64,000 bases of DNA, taken from contig JAUZTB010000001.1 in the NCBI GenBank assembly GCA_034780895.1, forward strand, positions 46,985,925 through 47,049,924. The letters are read 5' to 3'. The notes under the pieces are model-generated. The model worked only from the letters and a program-made list of their open reading frames with translations. It did no database searches and had not been told where the DNA came from. The stretch comes from Rhynchobatus australiae (lineage: Eukaryota). Each line of letters starts with the position of its first letter. The first letter of the stretch is position 1. The position numbers and the translations under genes are program-made. Positions 25,970 to 38,525 of the stretch are shown here, in pieces.

Positions 25970-26539
25970 CTGTCAGAACAAAAACAAAAGTGAATTAGCA
26001 TATTTTTCAAAAAAAGGAGTCAGTAGCAATTATGTCTCAAATATGGACTTAATGTAATATCTATCCATCAGTGTGATCTTAAAATCTATACTTGACTTTA
26101 CTGAAATTACTGCAGCATTTCCTGAATCCCATCCTTTCCCCGAAAGTTATCAATATTCAGAGATATGTTTCTCCATAGTTTTCTTCACAGTCTTCAAAAT
26201 ATTGTGATCTGCAGCCCATCTTTGCCAAAGTTCTTCAAAAACATCATTCCATTGAACTCCAGTTCCTAAGCAAATTGATTTCAAAATCTTAACTTCATCA
26301 AATATTGCTTCTCACTCCTCTTGCATCTGGGAAACTCTGAACCTTATCAGGTGTAGGGTACACATGAATCCAGTCCCCAACATTCAACATTGGTCATCAG
26401 CTCATAATTTGTTTGTGACTAGATGAGGGACTGCATGTGAATTTCTCTCTTAGTATTAACATCAGGAGAGCAACTGCTTCCGGATGCTTATAAATCAGCA
26501 CTAATGATTTTAACAAATAAACAAATTAAGGATAGCAAC

Positions 26540-26727
26540 CTTGAATTTTGTTTCAGGAACAAGTCTTATATTGCAGGGAATCCATTTATCTGTGCCTTCT
26601 TCACATAGCTCAATAATGTAGCCCAGAATTGGGCTTCCTCCATCCTTAAGAGGTGGTTCCCAATTCAGTTGCACGGATTCTTTAGTCTGGTTTGAAGCAG
26701 CTAGTTCAATGGGTGGACTCGGTTTAA
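26540..26727 (-). CDS. ttn: Titin exon, FN3 I108 first part
   Basis: 188 nt; KPSPPIELAASNQTKES. Confidence 0.94.
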
Positions 26728-26812
26728 CTAAAAAATGAGAAATCAAAATCAATTAGTGGAAGATCAATATTAAGAATGCAAAGCATTGAACATTTTTCTA
26801 ATAGATACTAAC

Positions 26813-27115
26813 ATATTGGGTCCATAATTTTCACAGGATGAGAAGCTGCACTGGGCTTTCCTACACCAGCTTTGTTTTCTGCTCTGACACGGAATATATA
26901 TTCTCTGTTTTCTACCACATCATTCATCTGAGCAGACAGTTCATCTGCTTCAGTGGTCATAGCTGGTTCCCATTTAACCGAGGTTCTGTCACGCAGCTCA
27001 ACAACGTAGTTAGTGATTTCTGCTCCGCCATCATATGCTGGTGGTTCCCATGTAATGGTGGCACCAAATTTGTTCACATCTTTCACTTGGACATTGAGTG
27101 GTGCATCAGGTACAT
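26813..27115 (-). CDS. ttn: Titin exon, FN3 I107
   Basis: 303 nt; DVPDAPLNVQVKDVNKFG. Confidence 0.95.
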
Positions 27116-27216
27116 CTGATAGAATAGATAATACAAATATTATTTTACAATTTCAATACATAGAAATCATTTGGGCAATATTTAAAGCTAGTAATTGAAC
27201 TGTCTCTGATACTTAC

Positions 27217-27516
27217 TAAACTTATTCTTAGCTTGAACAGGTTCATCAGTTTCCACAGGTTCACCTGTACCTACTCTGTTTCTTGCACTGACACGGAATA
27301 GATAATACACTCCTTTTTGGAGACCAGTTACTGTAAATTCAGTATTGTCAGCTCTATCAGTAGCTAAGGTCCAAGTTTTGCGCTTCACATCACGCCGTTC
27401 TACAACATATCCAAGAATTTTGCTACCTCCATCACTTTCGGGCTCATCCCAAGCAAGACTAACTTCACCATCAGAAGTTTCTATAACTTTCAAATTCTGG
27501 ATTGGGCCAGGCACAT
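27217..27516 (-). CDS. ttn: Titin exon, FN3 I106 (first FN3; start of I/A junction)
   Basis: 300 nt; DVPGPIQNLKVIETSDGEVSLAW. Confidence 0.95.
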
Positions 27517-27603
27517 CTGTAAATTGAGAGAAAAAGAAAATATTATTTCCAGAACAGCTTTTAGACCCAGCTATCGAATAAAAGTATAACAAAGAATACT
27601 TAC

Positions 27604-27891
27604 CAATAACATCCAAATTTATATATCCTTCACCCTTTCCATGTTTATTCTGAATCACAACCTTGTACCTTCCCTTGTCAGTTCTCTTTGGGTCAAAAAG
27701 TCGATAAGAAGTGACTTCTGCAGTTATGTCAATGTTTTGTTTGGGCAGACTGACATATTCAGAAGTAGTAGAGTCTTCCTTGAACCACTGAGCTTCAGCA
27801 CGTGGGTAAGCATCATATGGAAGTGTCATTGTGAATGGCTTTCCAGCATCAGTCACAAGATTCAAATCAGTCATCTTGATTCTCGGTATCG
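27604..27891 (-). CDS. ttn: Titin exon, Ig I105
   Basis: 288 nt; PRIKMTD...PYDAYPRAEAQW...NLDVI. Confidence 0.95.
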
Positions 27892-28010
27892 CTATAAAGC
27901 AAAGATTCATAAGTCAGGAAGATATAAATTCTGCAGAACCAATTCACTGTAGCCAGCAAGAGAAAAGATAATGGTGTTCACTAATATTCCTAAGATTTTA
28001 CATAACTCAC

Positions 28011-28277
28011 CTGCAAGCTCCAGTTTAGCTCTTGCATCTTTATCCTTGGCAATAAACCTATATTCCCCCTGATCACGTGGTCTTATGCTGCAGACCTGCA
28101 ATCGGTGAACCTTTCCTTCACTCATCATTTGATGTTTATCACCCTGAACAATTATCATATTATTTCTTAGCCATTTGACTTCAACTTTATCTTTGTTCAG
28201 TTCAGCTTCAAAAATAACATCTGATTCTGGAGCTTCAAAAATATCTTGTGGAGGTCTGATGATTTCAACTGGGATTT
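28011..28277 (-). CDS. ttn: Titin exon, Ig I104
   Basis: 267 nt; EIPVEIIRPPQDIFEAP. Confidence 0.95.
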
Positions 28278-28365
28278 CTGAAAGAATAAAAGTAATAATT
28301 AAAACTGCATTTTCTCAATTTTCTCAGTTGTTATAATAACTTGTTTTTTCCTCAATCATACTTGC

Positions 28366-28490
28366 CTTCAACAAATAATCTAGCCCTTGAACGTCTGTCT
28401 TCTACACCACAGGAGTATTCACATTCATCATCTGGTCTACATTCCCTTACAATAAGTCTATGCAAACTACCATCTTTTTCAAATTGATAC
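28366..28490 (-). CDS. ttn: Titin exon, Ig I103 second part (GC donor)
   Basis: 125 nt; YQFEKDGSLHRL...RLFVE; donor AAG|GCAAGT. Confidence 0.92.
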
Positions 28491-28580
28491 CTAGAAAAAG
28501 TCACAAAAACACATATGATACCATTTATAATCTTATGAAACAGTAATAAACACTTATTCAAACAAATGGATTAAGCATAC

Positions 28581-28989
28581 TTTTTGTTTTCTCTGAGTTC
28601 TCTGCCATTCCGATACCATTTTACAGTCGCTTTCTCTTTAGACAATTGACATGAAAAGATTGCATCTTCAAACTCAATGACGGTTTGATCTTGAATATGT
28701 TCTGTGAAATCTGTTGGTGCCTCTGTGATAATAAGTTCAGCAACTGATTTGTCTTGTCCAGCAATTACAGTATATTCTCCCTCATCTTTGAATACACATC
28801 CTCTTATTATAAGAGAGTGCTTTTTCTTGTCAATTTTATACAGAATTCGTTTGTCAAATGTAATTTCCTCTCCATTTTTCATCCATTGTAGAGTGACATT
28901 TTCACGGTTCACTTTGCAGCTGAAGGTAACAGATTTCTTTTCCATTGTTTCACAATCATCAAGAGGTTCAATGATTTTCAGTTCTTCCT
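28581..28989 (-). CDS. ttn: Titin exon, Ig I102 plus I103 first part
   Basis: 409 nt; 409+125=2x267. Confidence 0.95.
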
Positions 28990-29074
28990 CTGCATAAATT
29001 AAAAGGGGTTATGTAAAATACAAGCCATTTTATTTGCATTATGCCAGAATGTTTTGTGTGCTATAGTTATTTAC

Positions 29075-29345
29075 CTTGCACTTGTAATGATGCTGAACAT
29101 TGTGCATGTTCTCCCCTGTGATTTGTTAGTGCTATTGTGTACATTCCTTGATCCTCCATTTGTGAATCCCTGATTCTAAGGGTAAAGACTAAATCTTTCT
29201 GGATCATGACATATTTTGGACTATCAAAAATAGTTTCATCACTTTTTAGCCATTTCGGTCTGGCACCTTCAGTGTTAACTTCACAATTGAATACAATTTC
29301 TTGTCCTTCTCGAGCTATCTGGTCCTTGATGGGAGTTATTATCCT
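29075..29345 (-). CDS. ttn: Titin exon, Ig I101 (5' end in N gap)
   Basis: RIITPIKDQIAREGQEIVFNCEVN...LQVQ. Confidence 0.92.
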
Positions 29346-30007
29346 NNNNNNNNNNNNNNNNNNNNNNNNNNNNNNNNNNNNNNNNNNNNNNNNNNNNNNN
29401 NNNNNNNNNNNNNNNNNNNNNNNNNNNNNNNNNNNNNNNNNNNNNNNNNNNNNNNNNNNNNNNNNNNNNNNNNNNNNNNNNNNNNNNNNNNNNNNNNNNN
29501 NNNNNNNNNNNNNNNNNNNNNNNNNNNNNNNNNNNNNNNNNNNNNNNNNNNNNNNNNNNNNNNNNNNNNNNNNNNNNNNNNNNNNNNNNNNNNNNNNNNN
29601 NNNNNNNNNNNNNNNNNNNNNNNNNNNNNNNNNNNNNNNNNNNNNNNNNNNNNNNNNNNNNNNNNNNNNNNNNNNNNNNNNNNNNNNNNNNNNNNNNNNN
29701 NNNNNNNNNNNNNNNNNNNNNNNNNNNNNNNNNNNNNNNNNNNNNNNNNNNNNNNNNNNNNNNNNNNNNNNNNNNNNNNNNNNNNNNNNNNNNNNNNNNN
29801 NNNNNNNNNNNNNNNNNNNNNNNAGAAAAATGGTGCAAGAGATTACATTTGCTGATCCATCTGCATCTGTCCAAGTATCCACCGAGTGGAGGGAGTTAAA
29901 ATATCTTCCCCTATATATTTGACTTTCGTGACATAACTAAGTGTCACTATGAAAATGCAATTCTCTCATTACCTGAAAATTGCCAAAATGTAGTTTACAT
30001 GACTTAC

Positions 30008-30274
30008 CAATAACTGCAAGTTCTGCTGTTGCTCTTGAGGTACCAATCATAACAGCATAAGTTCCTTCATCTTTTGGGATGGAGTTATTGACAATCAGCA
30101 CTCGTTTATTGCCTTCAGATATAATTTCATATTTATCATTAGATTTAAGTTCTTCATCTCCTTTAAACCATTTCACTTCATAAGTGTCTTTTGATAATGA
30201 GCAGACAAACTCTGCCTTGGTTCCTTCTAAAACCTCCAGATTTCGTGGTTTAGAAACAAATTCTGCTGCCAGTT
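30008..30274 (-). CDS. ttn: Titin exon, Ig I100
   Basis: 267 nt; ELAAEFVSKPRNLEV. Confidence 0.95.
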
Positions 30275-30366
30275 CTATAATAAGAAATAACAAGACATAT
30301 TAGAGTGGGTAATTTTAAAAAGCAACTTGTATCAGAAAAGTAAACTCATATCAGAACAGTACATAC

Positions 30367-30636
30367 CATTAACTTTCAGTTGACAAGAAGTCTGAGCACC
30401 ATTTTGGAGCCTACAATTATATTCACCAGCATCACCTGGATTAGTGTTCTGAATTACTAAAATTCGCTTTCTGCCTTCTATACGTTGTTCATATCTGCCA
30501 ACTTCAGGTAACTCCATATCTCCCTTGTACCAAGTTACATCAGCATTTGGTTTGGAAACTTCACAAACCAGTTTGATTGTCTCTGTTTCAGTAACTTCAG
30601 CATTTGCAAGGTTCTTTGTAAAGGTAGCTTCCTCTT
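30367..30636 (-). CDS. ttn: Titin exon, Ig I99
   Basis: 270 nt; EEEATFTKNLANAEV. Confidence 0.95.
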
Positions 30637-30766
30637 CTGCAAAANNNNNNNNNNNNNNNNNNNNNNNNNNNNNNNNNNNNNNNNNNNNNNNNNNNNNNNN
30701 NNNNNNNNNNNNNNNNNNNNNNNNNNNNNNNNNNNNNNNNNNNNNNNNNNNNNNNNNNNNNNNNNN

Positions 30767-30893
30767 CGCATTCATATTCTGCTTCATCGTCAAAGCTACT
30801 TTTGTGGACAATAAGCATCCTCTCCACACCTTTAGCAACAATGTCATACTTCTTGCCTTTTCTTACTTCAACACCATCCTTAAACCAACGCAC
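30767..30893 (-). CDS. ttn: Titin exon, Ig I98 second part (3' end in N gap)
   Basis: VRWFKDGVEVRKGKKYDIV...EYEC. Confidence 0.92.
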
Positions 30894-31627
30894 CTGAAAT
30901 TTTAAGAAATCCATAGTGAGGTGTTGAGAATAATTTCATAAATAATTTCAGAATACAGTACAAAAAATTTATAAAATTCAAGGCACTATTCTCAAAACAC
31001 ACAAAAACAGATTCCTTTTTAGAGTTGTAGTAAATCTATCATTGATGAATTTTACTAATAATAACTTGGTGCCTAGCAGCCTGGTAACACCCAAGAGACA
31101 AATATTCAAAAAGATCAAAAGTGCCCATGTCCTTAGCATTTCTTTAAAAAATAGCAATTATCCTGTTATTAATTGGATGAGTACATATATAACATCCTCA
31201 GAGACAAATTTGACCAGGGACTCAGAACTTAACAATATCACAGACCGAAATGCATGTTGTAGGTAGTGTTCCTGTTAAAAAAACATATTCAACTGTAATT
31301 ATTGAAAGGATGTGAATTCAAATCACAAAATAGTGCTAGAATGGAAGTTCAGGAATTGAAAAGAAGAGGTTGGCCAAGTCTGTATTTCAAACTTCTAGTT
31401 TTTAAACTATTAACAAGATAAGAGATCTTTACATAATGCCTCAGCACCAGGACAAAAAAATAGTAGTCTTATTCACAACAGATGGTAAGCATACAAATAT
31501 ATATGTTTCTTCTCTTGCCTTAAAGGAATAAAAGTGCATGACAAGGTGAAAGCATAATAAACTCAGGATTACCAAATGAATGCGAATTGATCAGAAGAAT
31601 TTGTTTGGATATTCTTGAGAGAGTCAG

Positions 31628-31904
31628 TACAAGCAGTCCCCCGGTTATGAAAGGACTCCATTCCTGAGAACTGTCCAGATGCTGACTTTTCTGTAAGTCA
31701 GGAACAGCCATTTTCTATAGCTACCCATGTCATTGAACAATCATCCTAACACTTCCTATATTTAAACTGATGGAATATATACTAGAGTCAGTCATTAATG
31801 AATACCATTAAACATTTTATTATTATTACTACTAGTTTGAAAGAGAATTTGTGTAAAGTAGTATTTTAAGTCAGGTCATTTGCAACCCAGGGAGCACCAA
31901 TATA
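31628..31904. mobile_element. Possible Tigger/pogo-like MITE remnant
   Basis: Imperfect terminal inverted repeats (cagtcccccggtt / aacccagggagca) with TA flanks. Confidence 0.35.
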
Positions 31905-32480
31905 AAAGAAAAGGAGGTTTTTGTGGGGCAGGAATTTACAAAAGTAGTTGGAGAGCAAAGTCATCAGCTCTAAGAGCCAACTTGTAGGGAAGCAAAACAC
32001 AGTTAGGTAATCCAAGGAATATCTATCACATGTGTCAGGCATACTGAAGGGTAGAGAAGGCAAAGTTTCTGAGATTACTAAAACAATATTAAAAGGACGC
32101 TATGAGACATCCAAATAATGGTGAAAATTACTAAAATAAAGTGAAGGAGCCAGCAAAGGATAGTTGGTGGAACTAAGGAATGATGACAACTTCTGCTTAG
32201 TACTGTTCAGCTTAAGACAAATCAAAGGACTAATAAGCCCAGCTAGCTGTCTATCTGATCTGGTGCAGTTAATGGTATTTCTGTTTCAGATCATATTCTC
32301 ATTCATGTGTTATAGGTGACTTAGGAATAAAGCATTCAGTGGAAATTTCTCAAAATATTGTTTTCTGTTCAACACACTGGNNNNNNNNNNNNNNNNNNNN
32401 NNNNNNNNNNNNNNNNNNNNNNNNNNNNNNNNNNNNNNNNNNNNNNNNNNNNNNNNNNNNNNNNNNNNNNNNNNNNNNNN

Positions 32481-32608
32481 AAGAAGGGTCCTGCCCGAAA
32501 AGTTGACTGCCTGCTTTTCTCCACAGGTGCTGCCTGGCCTGCTGAGTTCTTCCAGCATCATAGTGTTTTCAATCTAGATTCCAGCATCTGCAGTCCTTTG
32601 TTTCTCTA
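32481..32608 (+). mobile_element. Penelope-derived short repeat, well-preserved copy
   Basis: aaga-agggtcctgccc-gaaa...tgctgcctggcctgctgagttcttccagca...ccagcatctgcagt; 5' end in gap. Confidence 0.65.
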
Positions 32609-33449
32609 ATACAATTTCTTGTTGAAGAATTTCCTCATACCAGAATTAATTACACTTTGAGCAATCTAACCAACAAGTTGGCCTCAAAAAATGTGATTTT
32701 TTTATTCACAGCTACATGGTCTCATCCATTTATTACATAAATAGAAGATCAAGCTAATCCCCACAAACCTAAAGGAAAGAAACTTAATACTTCTACCTAA
32801 TTACTCAGATAATGCTGAGTAAATACTGAAGTTGATATTGAATCTTAGTAGATACGAAGTTGCCTAGAAAACTCTCCATTTGCAAAATAATCATTGCAAA
32901 ACAAAATACGAGAAAATTAGTACAAAACTATTGTTGTAACTGATTCATCAGGTCAGAATTAGACACAGGCAAACTCTGTCGAATGAACAGTAAAAAAAAA
33001 TCCTCCTCTCTATCATCTGGGCACTGGTGCAAATAAAATGGTACTATGGAAACATCAAATTTCAGACTTGGGAAGGTCAGATCACTCTCTTGGAAAGTGT
33101 ACAGGATAATATATTCTCCATGAAAACTTATTACCTTAAACTGTGATAGAAATAAAAGTGACAACATACGAGTCTCATACCTGTAAAGACATGTGAATAG
33201 AAATTCATCTCTGGTTGATTGTACTGTAAATGTTAATGTGGCAGAGGCAGTATATTGCACTTGTGTCCAAAATTTTGTGCCAGGTCAATGGATCTGAATT
33301 TCAGATGTATAGTGCATTAAATGCTTCTGACCAGGGATGAGTTTCTATGCAATGTTATCTAGCCTTTTGCTGAAATTTAAATTAGTGTCTTCACTTATTA
33401 ACATTATGAAAAAATGTAAACAAATAAAATGATTTAAAAAAGGGCAAAC

Positions 33450-33547
33450 CTTTGCATTTTCACGGGAAACTTCACATACAAATTTTGCTACTTCCTTTTC
33501 TTTCACCTCAAGATCAGTCAGAGGTTTTGTGAATTCAACATGAGGAG
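33450..33547 (-). CDS. ttn: Titin exon, Ig I98 first part
   Basis: 98 nt; PHVEFTKPLTDLEVKEKEVAKFVCEVSRENAK. Confidence 0.93.
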
Positions 33548-35030
33548 CTATGAAAGAAACAGAATCTTTTTAGCAGATAAGACTGTAATTTATATTGGCA
33601 TCAGTGCAGAGCTAAAGAATGTAGCAAAATAGGACCCAAAGAACAGGAGAATGCCATATCGATCCTACTATTTTCCTGATATTTCCTGTAGTTCTTGTAA
33701 TATAATTGCTAGTTCTGACCATCCTACAACCATGTATAAATAAAGGTGCCACATTGAATTTGGGCCTGCATAATTTATGTGCTTATGTGGGCCATTAAAG
33801 CCAAAGCACTTTTATGCTCTAATATTTGAAATATACATCACTTATTTCTTCCTCCAGGTTCTATTACTTAACACCTTATAGTTTTCCCTTTCCTGTAGTG
33901 CCTGAGGGACAATTTCTGAAAATTAGGCAACTCCATTCCCCTTTGCTTGTTTTAAAATTATTATTACCTCTTTCCCTGAGTCTTCTCATTNNNNNNNNNN
34001 NNNNNNNNNNNNNNNNNNNNNNNNNNNNNNNNNNNNNNNNNNNNNNNNNNNNNNNNNNNNNNNNNNNNNNNNNNNNNNNNNNNNNNNNNNNNNNNNNNNN
34101 NNNNNNNNNNNNNNNNNNNNNNNNNNNNNNNNNNNNNNNNNNNNNNNNNNNNNNNNNNNNNNNNNNNNNNNNNNNNNNNNNNNNNNNNNNNNNNNNNNNN
34201 NNNNNNNNNNNNNNNNNNNNNNNNNNNNNNNNNNNNNNNNNNNNNNNNNNNNNNNNNNNNNNNNNNNNNNNNNNNNNNNNNNNNNNNNNNNNNNNNNNNN
34301 NNNNNNNNNNNNNNNNNNNNNNNNNNNNNNNNNNNNNNNNNNNNNNNNNNNNNNNNNNNNNNNNNNNNNNNNNNNNNNNNNNNNNNNNNNNNNNNNNNNN
34401 NNNNNNNNNNNNNNNNNNNNNNNNNNNNNNNNNNNNNNNNNNNNNNNNNNNNNNNNNNNNNNNNNNNNNNNNNNNNNNNNNNNNNNNNNNNNNNNNNNNN
34501 NNNNNNNNNNNNNNNNNNNNNNNNNNNNNNNNNNNNNNNNNNNNNNNNNNNNNNNNNNNNNNNNNNNNNNNNNNNNNNNNNNNNNNNNNNNNNNNNNGTA
34601 GTTCTAATAATTTAGCTTTTAGAAATATCCAAAAAGGACCTCTTCATTGTATATTGGTTAGTCTTCAACTCACAGTCCAACTCAATGGTTTTGAACTAAG
34701 CTTGGAGACGTGTACTGAAGATCTGCTCAAAAAATGGAATAGCTATCCACAAATTCCCACGTCCTGAAATTCAGAGACCCAATCTGTTCAGCCATTACTT
34801 TCTGTATAGTATTTATTTTTCTGGTCAGTAGGAACTTTTTTTCTTTCTTTACACACTAATTTTATTAAACACTAAAACACCAGGTACATTTTAAACTATT
34901 TACTCCTTCAAGCTTGCGTGAACCACTATATATGAACAGGAGGCAAGTGACAGCACCTTCTCTCCCCCTCTGTATTAAATTCTTCTCTAACCAAATTCTC
35001 CATTCTGAACATGGTACACTATAGACTTAC

Positions 35031-35297
35031 GTTCCACTGTGAGAAAACAAGAAGTCTTGAAGCCTTTTGCATCACAGGTATATGTTTTAGAATCTTCAGG
35101 TTTGCAGTCATGGATAATAAGCTTTCGGATTCTTCCATCAGCAATGATCTCATGCTTCTTGGTTTTATGAATTTCCTTTCCATCCTTAAACCAAGTAACC
35201 TCGGCATTCTCTCTAGACACCTCACACTCTAGTGTAGCTGTGGCTTCTTCTTCAACTGTTTGGTCCTCCAAAGGTTTTGTAAATTCAGCTGGAGGTT
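35031..35297 (-). CDS. ttn: Titin exon, Ig I97
   Basis: 267 nt; EPPAEFTKPLEDQTVEEEA. Confidence 0.95.
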
Positions 35298-35402
35298 CTG
35301 TGAAAGATTTAAGTGAAAATTCATTGCATAAAAGACATTACCAAATGTACTGTTGTGGAAAAACAATAGTTTGATATCTAGTTAAAGTGTTGCATCACTT
35401 AC

Positions 35403-35526
35403 CTTTAACAATGAGCCTGGCAGATGTTGTGAAGTCTTTAGCAGTGAGTTTAACGTCACCAGCCTCATTTAATTGAACGTCTCTTAGGGTGAAAGTGTGC
35501 CTTCTGCCTTCAGCACGAGTAACAAC
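35403..35526 (-). CDS. ttn: Titin exon, Ig I96 second part
   Basis: 124 nt; VVTRAEGRRHTFTLRDV; 124+143=267. Confidence 0.94.
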
Positions 35527-36596
35527 CTAATCCAAAATAAAAGTTTTAAACTGATAGCAACGTAACAATACAATTACTTACCATGTTAAAAATATCAAAA
35601 ATAACTCAAGGTAAACTCTATTTAACGCATTTCACTCTAAAACAAATTATCTAGTTCAAACTNNNNNNNNNNNNNNNNNNNNNNNNNNNNNNNNNNNNNN
35701 NNNNNNNNNNNNNNNNNNNNNNNNNNNNNNNNNNNNNNNNNNNNNNNNNNNNNNNNNNNNNNTTCTTCCTTTTTCAGATATGGGTTTAAAGGAAACATCT
35801 TTTATAGCTTTCAAAATGTGGGATTTATCAAACAATGCCACTAATAATTTTAACTGCTACAAGATATTAAGAAATTATATTAAATTTCCATACATTTTAT
35901 TTTCTAAATTTCTTAAATATTTGAGCTATCTGTAGTCTTCTGTTTATTACATGCTAATATTTTTCTAGATAACAAATGAATAATTGAAACCTTATTCAGT
36001 TAATTGTAGATTTTTTTTGTCATTCCACTTTACAATCTCAGTTTTTTAGTACTCCAAAATTAATATTTAGTATTCCAAATGATAACAAATGATCTATTGT
36101 TCATAGCAGCCAACCATGCACATGGAACTGAATGTGTTGTTACAAAGTTAGTGCACCATAGTGAAAACCTACTGCCAGTTCAAAATGTAGTATTAATCTT
36201 AATAATACTTTAAATGTTGTTGTTCTAAAGCATCACTAGTATTAAGATTAGGACAAGTAATGATGTCCTTGTCCTAGTGATGTATATATTTAATTTTGTT
36301 TGTTGTCAGACTATTTAAACATTTGCATTTCACTATTTCAGAAATTAATCTCTTGACTATCCTTTATTTTTCCTATGCCACATTAATGACATATTTTATT
36401 GTTTCACTGATAGTCAAATTTCAGATCAGTTCAAATGTAGTTCATTAGGACATGTAAACCTGAGCAGAATTCATAGATTGAACTGCTGTATATTAAATCA
36501 TTTATACAAAAATGGCAAACTAAATTAAGTAAATTTAGGGCATTCAATTTTACAATGATGGGTCTGTTGATGTTTCTGCAAATTATGGATACTTAC

Positions 36597-36650
36597 ATCC
36601 AGATAAACACAAATGGAGTTAAAATCATGATGTAAATTTTTCTTATGCAT
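36597..36650 (-). promoter_or_regulatory. Candidate alternative (Cronos-like) first coding exon
   Basis: ATG-open 18 codons (MHKKNLHHDFNSICVYLD) ending at a GTAAGT donor in phase 0, in frame with exon 35403-35526; position-based inference only. Confidence 0.3.
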
Positions 36651-37064
36651 TGTATAACATATCTCCTTTCATTGTTTTCAGTGAATGTAAAATCATCTTA
36701 AAAAACAAGGGGTAAAATTAAACATTCTATTTTGAAAAGGAGAACTGCAAATTCACTTTAACCCCAGAAAGAAATTGTACATATCTATGTACTGTTTCAA
36801 AGATAAGCATCTATTCTATTTGATGGAAGGACCTTGTTTTACAAAAGAAAGTAATGATTGTTTCTTCTTGAAAAAGTGAAAACATGTTGATGTTAAGAAA
36901 ATACATTTTTGCAAAATTATGTATAAGCTTCGTAATTGATAACAAAAGAGATTAGTACTTTTCATTGAAGTTTTTTGATTATTCCTTTTCACATCAAGCA
37001 ATCTTTAAAAGTATTTTAGAAGACATTGAGGCCTTATGTGCAAGACAAGAATGAGAGAACATTA

Positions 37065-37335
37065 TTGAAACATACAAAATTCTCTTTGGGCTTGACAGGG
37101 TAGATGAAGGATGATGTTTTCCTTGGCTGGGATGTTTGGAAGCACTATTCACAACCTCAAAATAAGATGTCAATCATTCAGGACAAAGATGAGAAGAAAT
37201 CTCTTCACCTGGATGGTAATTAATCTTTGGATTTCTCAAACCAAGAGGGCTGTGGAGGCTTAGTCACTGAGTATATGATATTACTGAACATAGGAAGTCT
37301 GAGGGGATGAATGAACTTCTACTGCTTCCATTTTC
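37065..37335 (+). mobile_element. Degenerate CR1-type LINE 3' end
   Basis: gaaacatacaaaatt...gggcttgacagggtagatg...gatgagaagaaat...agagggctgtggaggct. Confidence 0.65.
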
Positions 37336-37643
37336 TAATTTTTATGTTCTTAGTACATATTTTTACTGATTTTTAATCCAGTAGAACGTCAAAAAGTCAG
37401 CATTATATTTTAAACACATCAGCATTTAAGTGATTAAAAATAGCCACAGAGGAACATGGCTTATTACATTGAACCCCAGTCAATTGTCTGATGTAGAATT
37501 ACCATCCACCACAGCCCCTCAGTTCAGTGGATCTGTGGAGCCAGATCTCTTGAAAATGTAGACAAAATACCTCTCAAATACTGTTAAGATTCCCATGAAT
37601 TATAAGAGAATAAAGTAACAGCACAGAATACATATCAACATAC

Positions 37644-37786
37644 TCTTTCACTGGGCTCAAGTAACTTGTTCTTCAAGAACCATTGGACTTCAATTCCTTC
37701 ATAGGACAGTTCACAATCGAAAGAAGCCGAATGTCCAGCAGTTACTGTCACATCCTTAAGGGGCCGGAGTAAGCTGATCACTCGAG
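37644..37786 (-). CDS. ttn: Titin exon, Ig I96 first part
   Basis: 143 nt; RVISLLRPLKDVTVTAG. Confidence 0.94.
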
Positions 37787-38115
37787 CTTAAGACGAAAAA
37801 GACATTATATATCTTTTAGTTTCAGAAGAACTGTTCCTTTAATTTAAAGTTCTCAGGAGACTGCAACCCTTTAACTCTCTGCACTTAAATTTAAAAACTG
37901 TAATGCACATTCTATTTCTTCAAAAGCAATATGCCCAGCAGTAAATCTGAGACCTTTGGGGCATCATTTTAACTGCTGATCATAGTTATTCTCATCCCTA
38001 CTTGAGGCATTACTGCCTGCTTCTGTCCATCAGCCTTACTGGCATTTTCAAAAATTGCAGGTCTGGTAATATATTTGACATCTATATGCAAATTACTACT
38101 CCCAAGGGTAAAAAT

Positions 38116-38233
38116 AACAAAGCATTGATGAAGGGTCTCGACTCAAAAACTGACTGTCCATTTTCCTCCATAGATGCTGCCTGACCCGCTGAGTTCCTCC
38201 AAGGCCTTGTGTGCTGCTACAAACAAAGCATTG
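38116..38233 (+). mobile_element. Short Penelope-derived insertion with 12-bp target-site duplication
   Basis: aacaaagcattg at 38116-38127 and 38222-38233 flanks atgaagggtctcgac...gatgctgcctgacccgctgagttcctcca. Confidence 0.7.
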
Positions 38234-38398
38234 GTTGGTTTTAGGCGGGAAGCTTACAGCTGTTCAGTAAATTCATGCCGCTTTGGATATTCATTAGTCA
38301 AAGCCAAATAAAATGTTGGGAAATCTTAATGGCTTATCAAGTGCAGTTTTTCTTGACTAGTCACAGTTTTGGTAATGTAACATTAATCACATATCTAC

Positions 38399-38525
38399 CT
38401 TTGACCCTCAAATGAGCATTGGTTTTGGCGTTAGCAGCCTGGAAATCAACTTCACCAGCTTGATCCATTTGCACGTTGTACAATATAAGAAAATGTTTTG
38501 TGCCTTCCTTTTTGATCTCACAGTC
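38399..38525 (-). CDS. ttn: Titin exon, Ig I95 second part
   Basis: 127 nt; DCEIKKEGTKHFLILYNV. Confidence 0.94.
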
